64,000 nucleotides of DNA. It comes from an uncultured Clostridia bacterium (lineage in GTDB: Bacteria; Bacillota; Clostridia; Monoglobales; Monoglobaceae). The translations under genes and the position numbers were made by a program. The DNA lies in NCBI GenBank assembly GCA_910580105.1, contig CAJTWN010000008.1, forward strand, positions 8,610 to 72,609. Direction: 5' to 3'. The notes beneath the pieces were generated by a model. It ran no database searches and was not told the origin of the DNA. It was given only the letters and a program-made list of their open reading frames with translations. Shown here one piece after another: positions 10,927 to 23,442 of this stretch (position 1 is the stretch's first letter; every line of letters starts with the position of its first letter).

Positions 10927-11805
10927 ATGAACAAGATCATTCATTTTTCATTTATAGGCGGAGACCTCCGCCAAAAAAGCGTCATGTGCAGCCTGGCAAA
11001 CGACGGACATAAAGTGTGTTCTTTTGGCTTCTCCAAACAACTGCTCTCAGATGCGCCTTTTATTATTTGTTCACCAAATTTGGAGGAATGCGTAAAACAC
11101 GCCGATGTAGTTATCCTCCCACTGCCTTATGGCAAAGAGGATTATCTCAATGCGCCTTTCAGTGATGATAAAATACACACCAGCGATTTGCTTCGCTGTA
11201 TGGATGACAAACAACTTCTTTTTGCCGGAAAAGTCGATGAACGTCTAAAAACCTTGGCGGCTCTCTATAATTTACATCCCATCGACTATATGGAGCGGGA
11301 AGAACTTGCCGTATGCAATGCCATTCCTACAGCCGAAGGCGCATTAGAAATTGCAATGTCAGAAACGCCTTATACCTTGCACGGCGCAAACTGTCTGGTT
11401 ATCGGATATGGCAGAATCGGCAAAATTCTTTCAAAAGATCTTCAAGCGCTGGGTGCTTATACTTATATAGCGGCCCGCAAACATGCGGATCTTGCATGGA
11501 TCAAAGCAAATGCAATGATTCCGGTTCCTCTTCCTGTATTGGAGCATTTTATCGATATTTTTGATATTATCTTTAATACTGCTCCGGCCCCGCTTTTGGA
11601 TTATAAACGCTTGTCTTTACTCCAAAAGGATTGTCTGGTCATTGACCTGGCCTCTCCGCCTGGCGGTGTAGATTTCGAGGCGGCAGGGCAGCTTGGCAGA
11701 AAGGTCATCAAAGCGCTTTCATTGCCCGGCAAAGTTGCCCCCAATACAGCAGGTGAAATCATCAAAGACACCATTGTAAATATCTTGGAAGAACTGGGGG
11801 TGTGA
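10927..11805 (+). CDS. dpaA: dipicolinate synthase subunit A
   Basis: N-terminus FIGGDLRQ resembles SpoVFA (IGGDARQ). Rossmann motif VIGYGRIGK. The track ORF (from 10702) runs through the upstream terminator, so the ATG at 10927 is the likely start. Confidence 0.85.
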   Translation: MNKIIHFSFIGGDLRQKSVMCSLANDGHKVCSFGFSKQLLSDAPFIICSPNLEECVKHADVVILPLPYGKEDYLNAPFSDDKIHTSDLLRCMDDKQLLFAGKVDERLKTLAALYNLHPIDYMEREELAVCNAIPTAEGALEIAMSETPYTLHGANCLVIGYGRIGKILSKDLQALGAYTYIAARKHADLAWIKANAMIPVPLPVLEHFIDIFDIIFNTAPAPLLDYKRLSLLQKDCLVIDLASPPGGVDFEAAGQLGRKVIKALSLPGKVAPNTAGEIIKDTIVNILEELGV

Positions 11806-12383
11806 GCATGTACAACGGTCTCACCGTAGGGTTTGCCATGACGGGTTCATTTTGCACGTTTAAAAAGGTTATTCCTGAAATTGATAACCTATCCAAAAAA
11901 GGTGCAAATGTTCTGCCAATTATGTCAAATACTGCAGCAACGACCGATACCCGTTTCGGCAAAGCAGAAGACTTTGTCAATACTTTGGAAAAAATCACGG
12001 GAAACCCGGTCATCACCACAATAGCAGAAGCAGAACCAATTGGTCCCAAAAAATTACTGGATATTTTAATTGTTGCGCCCTGTACTGGCAATTCCCTGGC
12101 AAAACTGGCCAATGGTATTGCAGATACAGCTGTTACTCTTGCGGTAAAATCACACTTACGAAACAAACGGCCCGTTGTCCTTGGCATTTCATCCAACGAC
12201 AGTCTGGGTGCAAATGCAAAGAATATCGGTCTGCTTTTAAGCCGTAAAAATATATATATGATACCTTTTGGACAGGATGACTGCATTGAAAAAGAAAATT
12301 CAATTGTTGCGCATTTTGATCAAACCGAAGATACAATGTGTATGGCTCTTGAAGGAAATCAAATACAGCCAATGCTTATTTAA
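11802..12383 (+). CDS. dpaB: dipicolinate synthase subunit B (flavoprotein)
   Basis: GFAMTGSFCTF and APCTGNSLAKLANGI flavoprotein motifs. Overlaps the dpaA stop. Confidence 0.88.
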   Translation: MSMYNGLTVGFAMTGSFCTFKKVIPEIDNLSKKGANVLPIMSNTAATTDTRFGKAEDFVNTLEKITGNPVITTIAEAEPIGPKKLLDILIVAPCTGNSLAKLANGIADTAVTLAVKSHLRNKRPVVLGISSNDSLGANAKNIGLLLSRKNIYMIPFGQDDCIEKENSIVAHFDQTEDTMCMALEGNQIQPMLI

Positions 12384-12404
12384 TATCTAAAAATACCATG
12401 CAAT

Positions 12405-12439
12405 AAAAAATGCAGGCCAATCATTGACCTGCATTTTTT
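12405..12439. terminator. bidirectional terminator between convergent dpaB and agcS
   Basis: AAAAAATGCAGG...CCTGCATTTTTT, with A/T runs on both sides. Confidence 0.7.
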
Positions 12440-12465
12440 GCTGTTCTCCTTATCATTTATTTAAT

Positions 12466-13908
12466 CTAATTTTCCCACTTCCAGGCATGTTCATCATCCC
12501 AAATATCCGGATCTCCAACACCAGCCTCTGCTGCCCGAAAAACAGGATTCTTCCCAGCTTTTCTCTGCCGCTGGTAATCTTTAAGTGCAGCTATCGCCTT
12601 TCCGCCAAGCAACAAAATGACAACCAGATTTACCATGGCCATAAATCCCATCAGCACATCAGCAAGACTCCATACCGTGCTGAAATCCATAATCGCCCCG
12701 ATAAATATTGCTGCAATACAGGTGCAGCGAAAAATAAACAAACTTACTTTTGTGTCACGAATGAACCGGAAGTTGGATTCTGTATAATAATAATTTCCAA
12801 CCAGCGAACTGAAAGCAAATAAAAAGATTGAAACCATAATGAACAGCGGACCCCAATGGCCAATCTGGCGAAAAACGGCCTCCTGTACATAAGGCATTCC
12901 CTGCAATGAAGGGTCAATTGGAACACCCGAGAGCAAAAGCATAAACGCAGTTGTTGTACAAATTAATATGGTATCAATAAAAACGGACAACATTTGTACA
13001 AGTCCCTGCTTTACCGGATGTGAAACCTCGGCAGCTGCCGCTGCATTTGGGGCGGATCCCATACCTGCCTCATTCGAATAAAGTCCCCGTTTTACCCCCT
13101 GCATCACACAGGAGCCGGCAAATCCCCCAAACACAGCTTTTGCATCAAAGGCTTGTGTGAAAATCCGTTCAAGCATAAGTGGGACAGCAGAAATATTCTT
13201 TATTGTCACAAACAATCCCAATAAAATATAAATTCCTGCCATCACTGGCACAATTGCAGAAACAATATGCCCAATTCTCTGCACACCGCCAAAAATACTT
13301 AAACCAGTAAGGAGCGCCAGGCCCCCTCCAACCACATACGGCCACAAGGAATGACTGTAATCTTCAATATAATAAGCAAGCGCAGAACCTGCATTATAAG
13401 ACTGCAGTGCATTGAAGCCATAAGCAAAGCAGGCAATCAGCAGACAGGCAAACACGATTCCCCATTTTCGGCTTCCCAGTGCTTTTTGAATATAATAAGC
13501 CGGACCACCGACAAATTCTGTTTCACTTTCTTTTTGTTTATACATCTGTGCAAGGGTACTTTCAATAAATGCAGAAGCCGCACCAATCAATGCAAGCAGC
13601 CACATCCAAAAAATGGCTCCATATCCACCAATCGCAGTGGATGCGGCAATTGCCGTCGCAACACCGGCAATATTTCCGGTTCCTACCCGGCTGGCGGTCG
13701 AAATCATCAGTGCCTGAAAAGAAGAAATATCCTTTCCGTCCTTCTTCTTTTCGCCCAATACCCGTATAGCTTCCGGAAAAAAACGAAACTGAACAAAACC
13801 TGTACGGATAGAAAAATAAAACCCGGCAAATACCAAAACAATAATCAGGATATACGTATACATAAAATCCGAAATATTCCCCAACCAAAGATTCATTTGT
13901 TCCAACAT
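12466..13908 (-). CDS. sodium:alanine (amino acid) symporter, AgcS family
   Basis: 480-aa polytopic protein with the AgcS-type signatures GGPAYYI and SNEAGMGSAPNAAAAA. Confidence 0.9.
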   Translation of the reverse strand: MLEQMNLWLGNISDFMYTYILIIVLVFAGFYFSIRTGFVQFRFFPEAIRVLGEKKKDGKDISSFQALMISTASRVGTGNIAGVATAIAASTAIGGYGAIFWMWLLALIGAASAFIESTLAQMYKQKESETEFVGGPAYYIQKALGSRKWGIVFACLLIACFAYGFNALQSYNAGSALAYYIEDYSHSLWPYVVGGGLALLTGLSIFGGVQRIGHIVSAIVPVMAGIYILLGLFVTIKNISAVPLMLERIFTQAFDAKAVFGGFAGSCVMQGVKRGLYSNEAGMGSAPNAAAAAEVSHPVKQGLVQMLSVFIDTILICTTTAFMLLLSGVPIDPSLQGMPYVQEAVFRQIGHWGPLFIMVSIFLFAFSSLVGNYYYTESNFRFIRDTKVSLFIFRCTCIAAIFIGAIMDFSTVWSLADVLMGFMAMVNLVVILLLGGKAIAALKDYQRQRKAGKNPVFRAAEAGVGDPDIWDDEHAWKWEN

Positions 13909-14161
13909 TATATTTAACCTTCCTCTTTTGCATTTTCAAACTTTATCCTATATTTTAACTTGATCAGTAATCCAATAAGCTGAATATTTACAATAAATAC
14001 ATTACACTTTATATATTATGTACATAATCAATCCCCTTTAATTTATTATTAAAACGAACTTTTATTTATTTTAAAAAATATTCCTTTCGTTGCCATTATA
14101 AAAAAGAAACGCAGAAACTCCCCTGCGCCTCTTTCAAATATTTATTTCAAAGCAGATTACT

Positions 14162-14950
14162 CTACGCTTCCTTCATTGCGTTTACACAAAAAGGGTCTTC
14201 AAGTGCATGATTGACTGCATCTTTCGCAAGCCTGATATATTCTTCCGGTATTGTCCGGGGCTCCGGTACAAATTGAACCGCGTCAATCGGCACATTTAAC
14301 AACTTTTTAACCCATGTCATGCCAGCAATATATCTGCCCAAATCGAGGCTTAAATGAAACCCATCCCTTGTAAGGGTATCACCAATTGGTCCCCTTCTTG
14401 CATTTTGAATAGCAGTTCCGGTGGGTATTACATCTATAATCTCCGAATTGGACACAATTTGACTTTGAACAGTATTTAAAATTGCTTTGTACATGGACTT
14501 TTGATCATTTTCGTAATTCACAAAATCCGGATGCTCGGAATCCTGCTGATAGGCCCATGTCATATGCCATATAATTTGGGCCTTCGGATTCGTTCTATTT
14601 GCCTTAACAAATTTTATTAAATTTCCAAGATGCGGCGGATACGTTTCCGGCATTCCGGAACATCCGCTTGCCTGCTGCATGGTAATTACATCCCATGCTT
14701 CATCTTTTATTCCATCTAATATCGTGCAAGACTCTTTCGACTCCCAAACACCATGGGTATTCTTAAAATAAATATATTCCGGCGCTGAAGTAACTGTATT
14801 TTTATCATGTCTTTCAAGACTGCAGCCGCCTATATACAGATTACCTAATGTAAGTTCTTTCACACCGCAATCTTCAGCTATCTCATATATCCACTGCATT
14901 GCATCTACACTAAAACTATTCCCAATCGCCAAAATTTTCAGTTTCATCAT
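14162..14950 (-). CDS. DUF4886-like SGNH-fold hydrolase
   Basis: N-terminal KILAIGNSFS motif. 262 aa with no signal peptide. Confidence 0.6.
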   Translation of the reverse strand: MMKLKILAIGNSFSVDAMQWIYEIAEDCGVKELTLGNLYIGGCSLERHDKNTVTSAPEYIYFKNTHGVWESKESCTILDGIKDEAWDVITMQQASGCSGMPETYPPHLGNLIKFVKANRTNPKAQIIWHMTWAYQQDSEHPDFVNYENDQKSMYKAILNTVQSQIVSNSEIIDVIPTGTAIQNARRGPIGDTLTRDGFHLSLDLGRYIAGMTWVKKLLNVPIDAVQFVPEPRTIPEEYIRLAKDAVNHALEDPFCVNAMKEA

Positions 14951-15065
14951 CCCCTAAAAAGTATTTTATGTCATCTAACAATCTATGAAAATCGTCATTA
15001 TTTTATTATCTCTTATAAAATTTTATATTTTACCACATATTTTCTTATCTTTAAATATACTGCTT

Positions 15066-15099
15066 TAAAAAAATAAAACGGGAGCCATTTTGGCTCCCG
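15066..15099 (-). terminator. rho-independent terminator of the FN3 protein gene
   Basis: CGGGAGCC/GGCTCCCG stem followed by a U-run on the minus strand. Confidence 0.75.
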
Positions 15100-15114
15100 C
15101 TGAATCAAATTTAC

Positions 15115-17433
15115 TTATTTAGTTGCAAAAAGCATTTTAGAAATCGGTTCCATGTTATCAACATCTTCCCAAAGGAATGCTTTCAGCATATATTCTCCCT
15201 CAGCAGGAACAGAGATTGCATCTGCCGTAATTGTATTCTCTCCAACACTAAGAGTCTGAGATTTAACTTTTGCAGACTCCAAAGTTTTTGTTGATTTGTT
15301 ATACAATGCAACAACCAAAGCAGCTTTATTCATTGAAGAATCTGTATTATTGAGTTTAATCTCAACAACATTGTCACCCGCTGCAACTACTGTATTACCG
15401 GATACTGCTGTACCATTTATTTTCATGGATGAAATTCCAAAACCGCTCTTTGTTGTAAAGCTGAATACATCACTGCTGTCTGTGGAACCATTGCCATTGA
15501 CTGCTGTAACTTTCCAATAATACTTTGTGCCCGGCATCAAATTACCATCTTCTCCAGGTACCCAAGTATATTGTGCGTTCCCTGCATATCCCTTACCAGG
15601 TTTAATATCACTCTTAATAATTGCGTTGCCGCTGCTAAAGTCTTGCTGTGTATCAATCGTCAGAACATAGCTTTCTGCACCATTCGGCCAATACGGACGG
15701 TCTTCTGACTTGTTCCCTGCTTTTGACATCAAAGTCCAGTCAAAAGTCAGGTTGCTGATGTCCGCATCTGCAGTTCCGTCTGCAGGTCCAACCAATCCAA
15801 ATGACTGCGGAGTCGCACCATATACTTTCAGCCAGTCAACACCGAATCTTTCCTTACCTGTAATGTCTCTTCCGCCATTAATAACGAGGGTATATTTACC
15901 AGCTGCCGGTACAGTAATTGTACCGATACATTCGCGGAATGCACCATTTGCACCATTGAACGGATAGAATACTGCATTTGCTCCCTCAGTATCAGATTTT
16001 TCATGAATGGTAACACCGATACCATTTGCCCATGCACCCATAACTCTGGCATTATATACATACGTACCTGCTGCTGGTAAATTAATTTCCATTTCTGTTG
16101 AACCAGTATGTACACGCGCAAAGCCTATTTCCGGATTATTTTCACCGGAACCCGTGGGCGGCTGATATTGCAATTCTGAAATATTGTTGACAGCAAACGC
16201 TCCCCACAACTGCATATTCGCCTGTGCAGCCGGAGCATTCGCCTGTACAGCTGTGTACATCGCTTCATTTTCCGCCTCGTCCATTGCAACAACTGCATAA
16301 TAATACGTTGTTTCAGGTACCCGCGTAACGTCAACATAAGAAGTAATCGCTGCTGTTCCGCCTTCATTCAAAAGCGTTCCCTCTTTTGCATTCTCAATTG
16401 CGCTAATGGGATTTTCTGAACGGTAAATATAATATTTAATTGCGTCAGCAGAAGAAGAATTATCTGTTGCAGCAGCCCATTTAAGTGTTGCTGTATGTGA
16501 TGTAACATCGCTTGTGGATACTGTTCCGCCTCCACCCGGTGTCGGCGCCACAGTATCCTGCGTAGCTACGGTCGTAAAGCTGCGAACTTCACTTTCGGTA
16601 GAACCATTATTATTGATTGCAACAACTTTCCAATAATACGTTTTACCCAAAGCAATCTGTCCATCGCTTGTTTTCCACTGATATTGTGCTCTCTTACGCC
16701 ACTGGCCAGGATCTCCGGGTTTTGTAATTCCCAATTCTTCTGCCGTAATAACCTTTTCATAAGCGCCGCTGAAATTGCTGTTGTCAGAAACCATCAATTT
16801 GAACTGCGTAGCGCCATTCGGAATTGCATAATAATTTTTATCTTCACTATTCTGTGTCCAGTCAAATACCAAACTGTTTGGAACAACCCCTGTTGCATCT
16901 GCTGCAGGGCCTGCCAAAGCAAGCGGTACCGGAGCCACACCTTTAATATTAACTCTTACAACCGCTACACTGCCCTGAATTTTAACCATATGTAATCCTG
17001 CACTTGGAACATTAAGAGTACCTGTCATTGGTGTTTCTGATGGTTTTGTCTCGCTGCCCGCGGGCGGATTTACAGGATAGGTATGGTTATTTTTATTCGT
17101 ATCTTCATCCAACCATACTGAAAGGCTTTTTTTATCCGCATTCCACTGGTTATGTCCAATAATTTCATAACTATAGGAACCTGCTTGCGGGAAATTAATG
17201 CTCATTTCCAAAGGTTTGCCAGGATACATCGCCTTTCCCTGTGCTGCTGTACCGCCAAAATAACAATCAAACGTACTGCCTTTACCCGTTATGCCGGCCT
17301 CCATATAAAGCGGCCACATATACACATTGTCTTCACCCTCTGCCGATACTCCGATTGGCCCGATCACACCAAGTATACCAATGGCCATGACCAATGCCAA
17401 AAACAAACTTACAACCTTTCCAAATTTCTTCAT
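15115..17433 (-). CDS. secreted multi-domain protein with two FN3-like modules and CBM-like beta domains
   Basis: Signal peptide MKKFGKVVSLFLALVMAIGILG preceded by AGGAGG at the ATG at 17433; the track start at 17586 looks spurious. Contains an internally duplicated module ending YYWKV(V/T)A(I/V)N..GST.S...F(T)T. Confidence 0.75.
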   Translation of the reverse strand: MKKFGKVVSLFLALVMAIGILGVIGPIGVSAEGEDNVYMWPLYMEAGITGKGSTFDCYFGGTAAQGKAMYPGKPLEMSINFPQAGSYSYEIIGHNQWNADKKSLSVWLDEDTNKNNHTYPVNPPAGSETKPSETPMTGTLNVPSAGLHMVKIQGSVAVVRVNIKGVAPVPLALAGPAADATGVVPNSLVFDWTQNSEDKNYYAIPNGATQFKLMVSDNSNFSGAYEKVITAEELGITKPGDPGQWRKRAQYQWKTSDGQIALGKTYYWKVVAINNNGSTESEVRSFTTVATQDTVAPTPGGGGTVSTSDVTSHTATLKWAAATDNSSSADAIKYYIYRSENPISAIENAKEGTLLNEGGTAAITSYVDVTRVPETTYYYAVVAMDEAENEAMYTAVQANAPAAQANMQLWGAFAVNNISELQYQPPTGSGENNPEIGFARVHTGSTEMEINLPAAGTYVYNARVMGAWANGIGVTIHEKSDTEGANAVFYPFNGANGAFRECIGTITVPAAGKYTLVINGGRDITGKERFGVDWLKVYGATPQSFGLVGPADGTADADISNLTFDWTLMSKAGNKSEDRPYWPNGAESYVLTIDTQQDFSSGNAIIKSDIKPGKGYAGNAQYTWVPGEDGNLMPGTKYYWKVTAVNGNGSTDSSDVFSFTTKSGFGISSMKINGTAVSGNTVVAAGDNVVEIKLNNTDSSMNKAALVVALYNKSTKTLESAKVKSQTLSVGENTITADAISVPAEGEYMLKAFLWEDVDNMEPISKMLFATK

Positions 17434-17744
17434 TACTAAAATGCACCTCCTAAAATGAAATCTTATATTATTTACAAAGATTGTACCATAACACTTCATT
17501 TTTTTCAACAGAATTATCAAAAACAAAAAGAAAACCCCACCAATTTTTTTTCCAGAAAGAAAACCGCGGTAATATACATACCGCATTTATTTAAATCCAT
17601 ATATTGTAACTGCTAAATATTAATTGAATGAAGGAAATATTTGGAAATTTTCACCACAATACATTGAATTTTTTAAAATACTGCATCCAAGCAAAAAACG
17701 TATCCAAAACTATTTGGCTGTATTACCGGAACTTTTGTAATAAA

Positions 17745-17773
17745 AATCGGAACGGAGCAAAGCCGTTCCGATT
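17745..17773. terminator. hairpin terminator downstream of the GH1 gene
   Basis: AATCGGAACGG/CCGTTCCGATT 11-bp stem flanked by A and T runs. Confidence 0.7.
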
Positions 17774-17845
17774 TTACATAATTTTTTGTTATCCCAAGTT
17801 TCTGCTGTTTACCACACCCGAACAAACCAATTTCCTGACTGCCTT

Positions 17846-21138
<3,293 letters not shown>

Positions 21139-21454
21139 AGTACATAAACTCCTCCATCAAAAATGTAATTCATATCATACATTTTTTAGTATCGGCTTCC
21201 GAAGAAATTTTATACAACGGAATAAATAAATGGACAGTTTTGATACAACAATTCTACACTTCATTCAAAAAACAGATACAATTTCTTGTTGGATATATTT
21301 TTTTCAAATTTAACAGTGATAACAAACGATATTTTTTAAATACAAAATTGCAAATTCAAGTAGAAAATATGCGCAGTAACTACTTTCAAGCCTTTGGCAT
21401 AAACTGTTACTGAACATTCGTATAAATTGTTTTAAAAATATTCGAATTAAATAT

Positions 21455-23059
21455 ATGAAAGTTAGGACTGATCATAATATGAATCAATATCATCACAACA
21501 TTAATTGTGGGGACGAAAAAAAATGTAACGATTTTTATCCCTGTAACTGCAATTGTGGATGTTGTCAAGGTCCGCAAGGGCCTGCTGGCCCGCAAGGTGA
21601 GCAAGGTCCACAGGGCGCAACCGGACCGCAGGGTGAACAGGGCCTTCAGGGGCCGGCCGGGCCGCAGGGCGAACAAGGCCTTCAGGGTCCAACCGGGCCG
21701 CAAGGGGAGCAAGGTCTCCAAGGGCCTGCCGGGCCACAAGGCGAACAAGGCCTTCAGGGTCCAACCGGGCCGCAGGGCGAACAAGGTCTTCAGGGTCCAA
21801 CCGGGCCACAAGGCGAACAAGGTCTCCAAGGACCTGCCGGACCGCAGGGCGAACAAGGTCTCCAGGGGCCTGCCGGGCCACAAGGCGAGCAAGGCCTTCA
21901 GGGTCCAACCGGGCCGCAGGGCGAACAAGGTCTCCAAGGACCTGCCGGACCGCAGGGCGAACAAGGTCTCCAAGGACCTGCCGGACCGCAAGGAGAGCAA
22001 GGCCTTCAGGGTCCAACCGGGCCGCAGGGTGAACAGGGCCTCCAAGGACCTGCCGGACCGCAGGGTGAACAGGGCCTTCAGGGTCCAACCGGGCCGCAGG
22101 GTGAACAAGGCCTTCAAGGGCCTGCCGGGCCACAAGGCGAACAAGGCCTTCAGGGTCCAACCGGGCCGCAGGGTGAACAGGGCCTTCAGGGTCCAACCGG
22201 GCCGCAGGGTGAACAGGGCCTCCAGGGACCTGCCGGACCGCAGGGCGAACAAGGCCTTCAGGGTCCAACCGGGCCGCAGGGTGAACAGGGCCTCCAGGGG
22301 CCTGCCGGGCCGCAGGGCGAACAAGGTCTTCAGGGACCTGCCGGACCGCAGGGCGAACAGGGCCTTCAGGGACCTGCCGGGCCGCAAGGTGAACAGGGCC
22401 TTCAGGGGCCTGCCGGGCCGCAGGGCGAACAGGGCCTTCAGGGACCTGCCGGGCCGCAAGGGGAGCAAGGACCAACCGGTACTTTTGAGCCCGGGGAAGT
22501 CCTGTTTTATGCAAATGGAAACGGCGGACCAATACCCATCCGTTTTGGAGAAGATTTAAACTTTATATCACCAAATTTAGATATTTTTTTAACAGATAAT
22601 CCAGCGACTGTGGATATTAATGGCCGAATAAATGAGAATGCGTTTGGCGGTCTTTATTCTAATACGATACAATCATTTAATTTTTCAACTGACGGACAGG
22701 CCGAACAAATTCAGCTCAATAATTTTATGCCTTCATTTAACGTTGGCACAACTTCAAATGAACTGCAAATTTTTATTCCCGGTGAATATGAAATTAACTA
22801 TATGATTCGTATCGCTCCAACAGATACGCCAGACCAAACAATTTCTGCCGGGGTACGGCAAAACGGCAGTTTTATTGATTCCACATTGCAATATAGCACA
22901 CTTTCCTCAACAGGAACTACTATTTTACAAGGAAGTGTTATAGAATTTTTAAATGGTCAAGTTGATTTAGCCTTTTTATCCACTGGTGCTGCAACATTCG
23001 ATTTAACTACACTTACAAACGCCACATTGACTATAGAACGACTCTCTCCATTACCATGA
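21455..23059 (+). CDS. collagen-like triple-helix repeat protein with Cys-rich N-terminus and BclA-like C-terminal globular domain
   Basis: 38-aa N-terminus (CNCNCGCC), then 304 aa of uninterrupted Gly-X-Y, then a 192-aa beta-rich tail. Start is uncertain (ATG at 21455 or 21479). Confidence 0.85.
   Translation: MKVRTDHNMNQYHHNINCGDEKKCNDFYPCNCNCGCCQGPQGPAGPQGEQGPQGATGPQGEQGLQGPAGPQGEQGLQGPTGPQGEQGLQGPAGPQGEQGLQGPTGPQGEQGLQGPTGPQGEQGLQGPAGPQGEQGLQGPAGPQGEQGLQGPTGPQGEQGLQGPAGPQGEQGLQGPAGPQGEQGLQGPTGPQGEQGLQGPAGPQGEQGLQGPTGPQGEQGLQGPAGPQGEQGLQGPTGPQGEQGLQGPTGPQGEQGLQGPAGPQGEQGLQGPTGPQGEQGLQGPAGPQGEQGLQGPAGPQGEQGLQGPAGPQGEQGLQGPAGPQGEQGLQGPAGPQGEQGPTGTFEPGEVLFYANGNGGPIPIRFGEDLNFISPNLDIFLTDNPATVDINGRINENAFGGLYSNTIQSFNFSTDGQAEQIQLNNFMPSFNVGTTSNELQIFIPGEYEINYMIRIAPTDTPDQTISAGVRQNGSFIDSTLQYSTLSSTGTTILQGSVIEFLNGQVDLAFLSTGAATFDLTTLTNATLTIERLSPLP
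21569..22480 (+). repeat. tandem 36-bp (12-aa) [11 protein letters not shown](A/T) repeat array, 23 full units plus degenerate ends
   Basis: Counted directly from the translation. Locally very GC-rich compared with the flanks. Generates long shadow ORFs in other frames and on the other strand. Confidence 0.95.
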
Positions 23060-23307
23060 AAATTTCAAACGAGCTGCAATTTATTTTTCACTCAATATTG
23101 TTCGTAAGAAAAGAAAAAGATCATCTATATACGAAGACGCTCATCCCAATAACCACCGAAGAATTGTATAACACAATATATAAAATCTATTTTTACACTT
23201 CTTCTATGCAACTTTGTAATATTTTTCACACAAATTTTTAAAAAGTTATTGGAAAAATCGTGTATAAAACAAAAGAACCAACGTTTTTACGCTGGTTCTT
23301 TAATTTT

Positions 23308-23384
23308 TGGTCGAGGTGACAGGATTTGAACCTGCGACCCCTTCGTCCCGAACGAAGTACTCTACCAAACTGAGCCACACCTCG
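23308..23384 (-). tRNA. tRNA-Pro (anticodon CGG)
   Basis: Manual cloverleaf: acceptor CGAGGTG/CACCTCG, anticodon stem CTTCG/CGAAG with loop TTCGGGA, T-arm GCAGG-TTCAAAT-CCTGT, encoded CCA. Confidence 0.9.
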
Positions 23385-23396
23385 ACAACGTTCATT

Positions 23397-23425
23397 AGTA
23401 TAGCATGGGACGATTTTTTTGTCAA
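23397..23425 (-). promoter_or_regulatory. sigma-A-type promoter for tRNA-Pro
   Basis: Minus-strand TTGACA-17 nt-TATACT, about 12 nt upstream of the mature 5' end. Confidence 0.5.
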
Positions 23426-23442
23426 CACTTTTTTTATACTTT

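Noticed and set aside
21569-22480. Regular short repeats that could be mistaken for a CRISPR array.
   Set aside because: The units are contiguous with no unique spacers, and the period of 36 bp is in frame within a coding sequence. No cas genes are present.
21407-22559. Five long ORFs (about 343-353 aa) in alternative frames and on the minus strand across the collagen repeat: 21407..22468, 21501..22532, 21507..22559 and others.
   Set aside because: They are frame-shadow artefacts of a GC-rich 36-bp tandem repeat, giving monotonous RPG/LKAL-type translations. Only the Gly-X-Y frame has non-repetitive N- and C-terminal domains and a sensible start and stop.
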